Source: a bacterium (lineage in GTDB: Bacteria; JADJOY01). Taken from it: a stretch of 64,000 nt of DNA. The notes beneath the pieces are model-generated. The model saw only the letters and a list, made by a program, of their open reading frames with translations, was not told the origin of the DNA and made no database searches. Position numbers and translations under genes: made by a program. The stretch lies in assembly GCA_046331705.1 (NCBI GenBank), contig JAXLQJ010000015.1, positions 1 through 64,000 of the forward strand, in the 5' to 3' direction. Shown in pieces: positions 59,491-64,000 of the stretch (within the stretch, counting starts at the first letter, position 1; each line of letters starts with the position of its first letter).

Positions 59491-59539
59491 TCGCTTGCCG
59501 ACGCCGGGCTTCGCCCGCGGGCATGCCGAGGAGAGGACC

Positions 59540-61219
59540 ATGCGCTGGACGCTGAACAAGAAGACGTATGCGAGCTTCGTCGTGGTCGGTGCGCTCGCCG
59601 CGATGGCGATCGGCTACGGCGTCTTCGCGATGAACCGCGCCCGGGGCGGCGCCGAGCGGATTCGCGACGAGCTCACGCAGATGCAGGCCGCCAAGGATCT
59701 GCAGCTTCAGCTCGCGAACGTCTGGCAATACTTCACGGACGCGGCGTTGACGCAGGAGGCCGATTCGATCGACGCGGCCATGGCCGCGAAAGAGCACGCG
59801 CTCGCCGACCTCGCCGCGCTGCGGGCAGCGGCGGGAGTGGGAGCGGGTACCGTCAGCGCGCGCCTCGACGATCTCGCGCGTTCCCTCGACGGGATCGAGC
59901 GGGTGGGGCGCGACCTGGTCCGGGCGTACGGCGAGAGCCCGGCCGCCGGGAACCGCGTCATGGAGGAGTACGACGCGGCCTGCGACCAGGCGATCCGTGC
60001 CGTGGCGGTCCTGGCCAAGGACGTGGAGGCGCGGGCCGTCGACGCTCACGCGTCCATGCTGGGCGCGCTCACGCACGCCACGTGGATGGATTGCGGTCTC
60101 GGCGTGCTGCTCGCGCTGGCGCTGGGCCTGGTGGCGGAAGTGGTCCGCATCTCGGTGGTCGTGCCCATCCGGCGGGTCGCCGCTCGGCTCGCTCACGCCG
60201 ATCTGCACACGCTCTTCGAGGATACGCGCGGTGACGAGATCGGCGATCTGACGCGCGGATTCGACGCGTTCGTGACCTCGATCCGCACCACGATCGAGCG
60301 CATCGCGCAGGTTTCCGCGACGGTGTCCGCCTCCGCCGGCGAGCTGGCCACGGTCAGCGACGGCATGTACGGCTCGAGCGAGTCCACCGCCGAGCGCGTG
60401 CACGCGGCGCAGGCGCTGGCGAGCGAGGTGAATGCCAGCTTGCACACGCTCGCGGCGGCCGCCGAGGAGATGGACGCCAGCGTGCGGGACATCGCCAGCA
60501 ACGCGGCCCAGGCGTCCACCGTGGCGCGCGAGGCGGTGGACGTCGCGGAGCACACCCGCGAGGCGATCCATCAGCTGGGCGTGAGCAGCGCCGAGATCGG
60601 CAACGTGGTGAAGCTCATCACCTCGATCGCCGAGCAGACCAACTTGCTCGCGCTCAACGCGACCATCGAGGCTGCGCGCGCCGGTGAATCGGGCCGGGGC
60701 TTCGCGGTGGTGGCGAACGAGGTGAAGGAGCTGGCCACCCAGACGGCGGCGGCGACGGGCGACATCGGCGCGCGCGTGGCGGCGATCCAGTCGAGCACCG
60801 GCACCGCGGTGAGCGCGATCGAGCGGATCGGTGCCGTGATCGGCCAGATCCGCGATCGACAGAACTCGATCGCCAGCGCGGTCGAGGAGCAAAGCGCCAC
60901 CACCCACGAGATCGCGCGTCACGTGAGCAGCGCCGCGAACGGCGCCACCCAGATCGATGGCACGATCTCCGCGGTGGCCGCCGCGGCGGGCGTCACGCTG
61001 GACGGCTCGACGAAGGTGCGCGGCGCGGCCGCGGGGTTGCGCGAGATGGCCGTGGAGCTGGATCGGCAAGCGGAGCGCTTCCGCGGCGGCGGCGACGCGC
61101 CCGTCGCAGCGCCCGTCGCGGCGACGGTGCGCTCGCTCGGCTCGGCCTCGTCCGCGCGCTCCCCGCGCGTGCGAGCAGGAGCGGTGGCGGTGCCCCAGCC
61201 CTACGATCGCGCCGCGTGA
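59540..61219 (+). CDS. Methyl-accepting chemotaxis protein
   Basis: Two TMs, HAMP 'DEIGDL', signalling hairpin '[37 protein letters not shown]'. Confidence 0.96.
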   Translation: MRWTLNKKTYASFVVVGALAAMAIGYGVFAMNRARGGAERIRDELTQMQAAKDLQLQLANVWQYFTDAALTQEADSIDAAMAAKEHALADLAALRAAAGVGAGTVSARLDDLARSLDGIERVGRDLVRAYGESPAAGNRVMEEYDAACDQAIRAVAVLAKDVEARAVDAHASMLGALTHATWMDCGLGVLLALALGLVAEVVRISVVVPIRRVAARLAHADLHTLFEDTRGDEIGDLTRGFDAFVTSIRTTIERIAQVSATVSASAGELATVSDGMYGSSESTAERVHAAQALASEVNASLHTLAAAAEEMDASVRDIASNAAQASTVAREAVDVAEHTREAIHQLGVSSAEIGNVVKLITSIAEQTNLLALNATIEAARAGESGRGFAVVANEVKELATQTAAATGDIGARVAAIQSSTGTAVSAIERIGAVIGQIRDRQNSIASAVEEQSATTHEIARHVSSAANGATQIDGTISAVAAAAGVTLDGSTKVRGAAAGLREMAVELDRQAERFRGGGDAPVAAPVAATVRSLGSASSARSPRVRAGAVAVPQPYDRAA

Positions 61220-61266
61220 GCCCGGCGAGGGCCGACCGAGGAGCTCGCGCTCGCAACCTGGAAACG

Positions 61267-61296
61267 CGAACGGGGCGGCCGAAGCCGCCCCGTTCG
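61267..61296. terminator. Probable bidirectional terminator hairpin
   Basis: 13-bp stem CGAACGGGGCGGC-CGAA-GCCGCCCCGTTCG between the convergent MCP and ALDH genes. Confidence 0.7.
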
Positions 61297-61339
61297 TGGA
61301 GCGTGTTCCGGCGCGTGCGCGCCGGCGCGGCTCACGCGG

Positions 61340-62890
61340 TCACTTGCCCAGGAACCCGTTGAGCTTCTGGCCGAGGCCACTCGAGAAGAGCCCCCGCGTC
61401 ACGTTGCGCAGCAGCTTGTAGCGCGAGCCGCTGTACGGGTACCAGAAGAGCTCGCTCTTGCCCGTCGAAACGACCGGGTAGTTGATGTGGTAGCCCTCGC
61501 AGAGCCCGCGCAGGCCCTCGTCCGAGTGCACGCGGCCCACTCCGGACTCCTTCACGCCGCCCCACGGCGTCTCCGGCGCCGCGTGCGTGAAGAGCACGTC
61601 GTTGATCATGATGGTGCCGGCGTCCAGCTGCTCGGCGATGCGCCGGCCCTTGCTCACGTCCGCCGTGAACACGTACGCGTTGAGACCGAAGCGCGAGTTG
61701 TTGGCGCGCTGGATGGCCTCTTCCTCGGACGCGACCTTCATGATCGGCAGCGTGGGGCCGAAGGTCTCGTCGCGGATCGCTTCCATCTCCTCGTTGACAT
61801 CGACGAGGACGGTGGGCGGATAGAACTGGCCCTTGCCCTCGGGGCGCGCGCCGCCGGTGAGCGCCTTGGCGCCCTGGGCGAGCGCCGCTTTCACCTGCTT
61901 CTCGACGATCTCGAGCTGTCCGGGATCGCACATGGCGCCGACGTCGGTCTTGTCGTCGAGCGGATTGCCCATGCGCAGCTCCTTGGTGAGCTCGACCACG
62001 CGTTTCACCAGCGGCTCGTAGATCTTGCCGACCGCGTAGACGCGCTCGACCGACGCGCACACCTGGCCGGCGTTGGCGAAGCCGCCCCACACGATGCCGC
62101 GCGCGGCGCGTTCGAGATCCGCGTCCTCGCACGCGATGAGCGCGTCCTTGCCGCCCAGCTCCATGGAGCACGGGATCAGCATCTTGCCGCAGAGCTCCGC
62201 GACCTTCTTGCCGGTCTCGACCGAACCCGTGAAGTTCACGTAGTTGGCGAGGCCGGTCTCGATCATCTTCGACGCCACCCGCCCGGGAGCGGTCACGACC
62301 TGCACCAGGTCGGGATCGAGGCCCGCGTCGTGGAAGAGCTTGGCGCCGCGGGTGATGATGAGCGGCGTGAGGCTGGCGGGCTTGATGACGACGCTGTTCC
62401 CCGCCATCAGCGCCATGCACACCTCGCCGTAGGTGATGGAGAACGGGAAATTCCAGGGCGAGATGATGAGGACCACGCCGCGCGGCCGGTAGTGGATGTA
62501 GCTGCGCTTGTGCTTGAGCAGGTGCAGCTTGATGGGCTTCGGCGCGAGGATCTTCTCGGCGCGCTTGGCGAAGTAGGTCGATAGATCCGCGATCGGCATC
62601 AGCTCCATGCTGATGGATTCCTGGCGCGTCTTGCCGTTCTCCTTCGAGATCAGCTCGGCGAGCTCGTCGATGTGATCGAGCAGCTGCTGGCGGAACGCGA
62701 GAATCACCCGCGCGCGCTCGGCGAAGGATTTCGCGGCCCAGCGCTTCTGCGCCGCCGCCGCGCGCCGCAAGGCGTCCATCGCCTCGGACTCGCTCATCGA
62801 CGGCACCTCGCCGATCTTCTCGCCGGTTGCGGGGTTGAAGCTCTCGATGACGGGACGCTCGAGATCGAGCTTGCGTGCAGCCTCGCCCAT
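61340..62890 (-). CDS. Aldehyde dehydrogenase family protein
   Basis: 'ISPWNFP', 'FTGSVETG', 'MELGGKD', 'NAGQVC', 'ETFGP', 'PWGGVKESG'. Confidence 0.96.
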   Translation of the reverse strand: MGEAARKLDLERPVIESFNPATGEKIGEVPSMSESEAMDALRRAAAAQKRWAAKSFAERARVILAFRQQLLDHIDELAELISKENGKTRQESISMELMPIADLSTYFAKRAEKILAPKPIKLHLLKHKRSYIHYRPRGVVLIISPWNFPFSITYGEVCMALMAGNSVVIKPASLTPLIITRGAKLFHDAGLDPDLVQVVTAPGRVASKMIETGLANYVNFTGSVETGKKVAELCGKMLIPCSMELGGKDALIACEDADLERAARGIVWGGFANAGQVCASVERVYAVGKIYEPLVKRVVELTKELRMGNPLDDKTDVGAMCDPGQLEIVEKQVKAALAQGAKALTGGARPEGKGQFYPPTVLVDVNEEMEAIRDETFGPTLPIMKVASEEEAIQRANNSRFGLNAYVFTADVSKGRRIAEQLDAGTIMINDVLFTHAAPETPWGGVKESGVGRVHSDEGLRGLCEGYHINYPVVSTGKSELFWYPYSGSRYKLLRNVTRGLFSSGLGQKLNGFLGK

Positions 62891-63031
62891 GGTCTCCTCC
62901 GTGGCGTTTGGGGGCGGAACGGAAAGCCGGCGCGCGTGGTACGTACGATTTGCGGCCGTGTCGGTTAGGCATACCATACGGCCCAAAACCTCGGGAAACC
63001 GCCGACGCGCGCACCGCGCGAGGAAACCACG

Positions 63032-63829
63032 ATGGAAAGCGCAGACGCACGCACGCACCGGCCGGTGGCGCTGGTCACCGGGGCCTCCGCGGGGCTGGGC
63101 CGCGTGTTCGCCGAACGCCTGGCGCGTGCGGGTCACGATCTGGTGCTGGTGGCGCGCGACCGCGCGCGACTCGCCGAGCTCGGTCGAGAGCTCGAGAACG
63201 CGCACGGTGGGCGCGCCGAGGTGCTCCCCGTCGACCTCGTGACGGCGACCGGTCGGGAGCGAGCCGCCGAGCGGGTGAGCCGAGGGATCGACTACCTGGT
63301 CAACAACGCCGGCTTCGGGACGGCGGGCGAGTTCGCGCGCCTGCCGGTGGGGCGCGAGCTCGAGCAGATCGAGCTCAACGTGGTGGCGCTGAGCCGGCTC
63401 ACGCGCGCGGCGCTGCCGCCGATGCTCGAGCGCAAACGCGGGCGCATCGTCAACGTGGCATCGCTCGCCGGTCTGGCGCCCGGCCCCTACACCGCGACCT
63501 ACAGCGCCACCAAGGCGTTCGTGATCTCGCTCACCGAGTCCCTGGCCGAGGAGGCGCGGCCCGGTGGTGTCCGGCTCATGGCGCTGTGCCCAGGGTTCAC
63601 GCGGACCGAGTTCCAGACGCGCGCCAACATGAACGTGGAGCACGTGCCGGCGATCGCGTGGATGAGCGCCGAAGCGGTGGTGGACTCGGCGCTGGCGGCG
63701 ATCGAGCGCGGCGAGGTGGTCCACATCCCCGGCACGCTCAATCAGCTCTCGCGCACGGGATTGCGCGTCGTGCCGCGCCGGATGGTGTCTCGAATGGTCG
63801 CGGCGGCGTCGCGACGGTTCACGCGTTGA
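63032..63829 (+). CDS. Short-chain dehydrogenase/reductase
   Basis: 'TGASAGLG', 'VNNAG', 'YSATK', 'CPGFTRTEF'. Confidence 0.95.
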   Translation: MESADARTHRPVALVTGASAGLGRVFAERLARAGHDLVLVARDRARLAELGRELENAHGGRAEVLPVDLVTATGRERAAERVSRGIDYLVNNAGFGTAGEFARLPVGRELEQIELNVVALSRLTRAALPPMLERKRGRIVNVASLAGLAPGPYTATYSATKAFVISLTESLAEEARPGGVRLMALCPGFTRTEFQTRANMNVEHVPAIAWMSAEAVVDSALAAIERGEVVHIPGTLNQLSRTGLRVVPRRMVSRMVAAASRRFTR

Positions 63830-64000
63830 TTCGCGAGCTGGTCGAGTCGTTCGTCTTTCAGCCGACGCGCCGCCTGGAGTGGACGCCGGCGGATCTCGCG
63901 CTCGCCTACGAGGACGTCTGGCTCCGCACCGCGGATGGCGTGCGCATCCACGGCTGGTGGGTGCCCGCGGGACGCGCTGCGCCGGTGTTGCTCTTCTGCC
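63826..64000 (+). CDS. Alpha/beta hydrolase, ABHD17/BEM46-like (5' part; truncated by the window end)
   Basis: TTG overlapping the SDR stop; reads 'IRELVESFVFQP...YEDVWLRTADGVRIHGWWVPAGRAAPVLLFC'. Confidence 0.8.
   Translation, partial: MIRELVESFVFQPTRRLEWTPADLALAYEDVWLRTADGVRIHGWWVPAGRAAPVLLFC

Overview
High-GC (visually ~70%+) chromosomal segment of a diderm bacterium. The gene repertoire (Hanks kinase-HEAT fusion, DUF4388/GspE_N protein, sigma-54 NtrC pair, SspB-like, LptG, AsmA-like) suggests a Myxococcota/deltaproteobacteria-like lineage, but this is inference. It is gene-dense with about 50 CDS: the 5' part of mfd, an SPFH pair, gpsA, a stand-alone GspE/PilB ATPase, pyrE, an opp/dpp ABC transporter with two ATPase pairs, several envelope-modification enzymes, a GMC oxidoreductase unit, a two-component system, an OprB porin-MCP unit, ALDH and SDR. 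I found no rRNA, tRNA, CRISPR array, transposase or phage gene. The most unusual signal is non-coding: a structured, REP-like hairpin element present as a 5-copy tandem array (4182-4870) and as an inverted solo copy (about 34167-34270) with a compensatory base change. The solo copy lies between two copies of the first 7 codons of the GMC gene, creating a 68-aa bridging ORF that keeps ATGA stop/start coupling on both sides. Deletion-rich repeat copies and a double frameshift in one oppD suggest some residual long-read consensus error. All product calls come from motif recognition by eye, with no database search.
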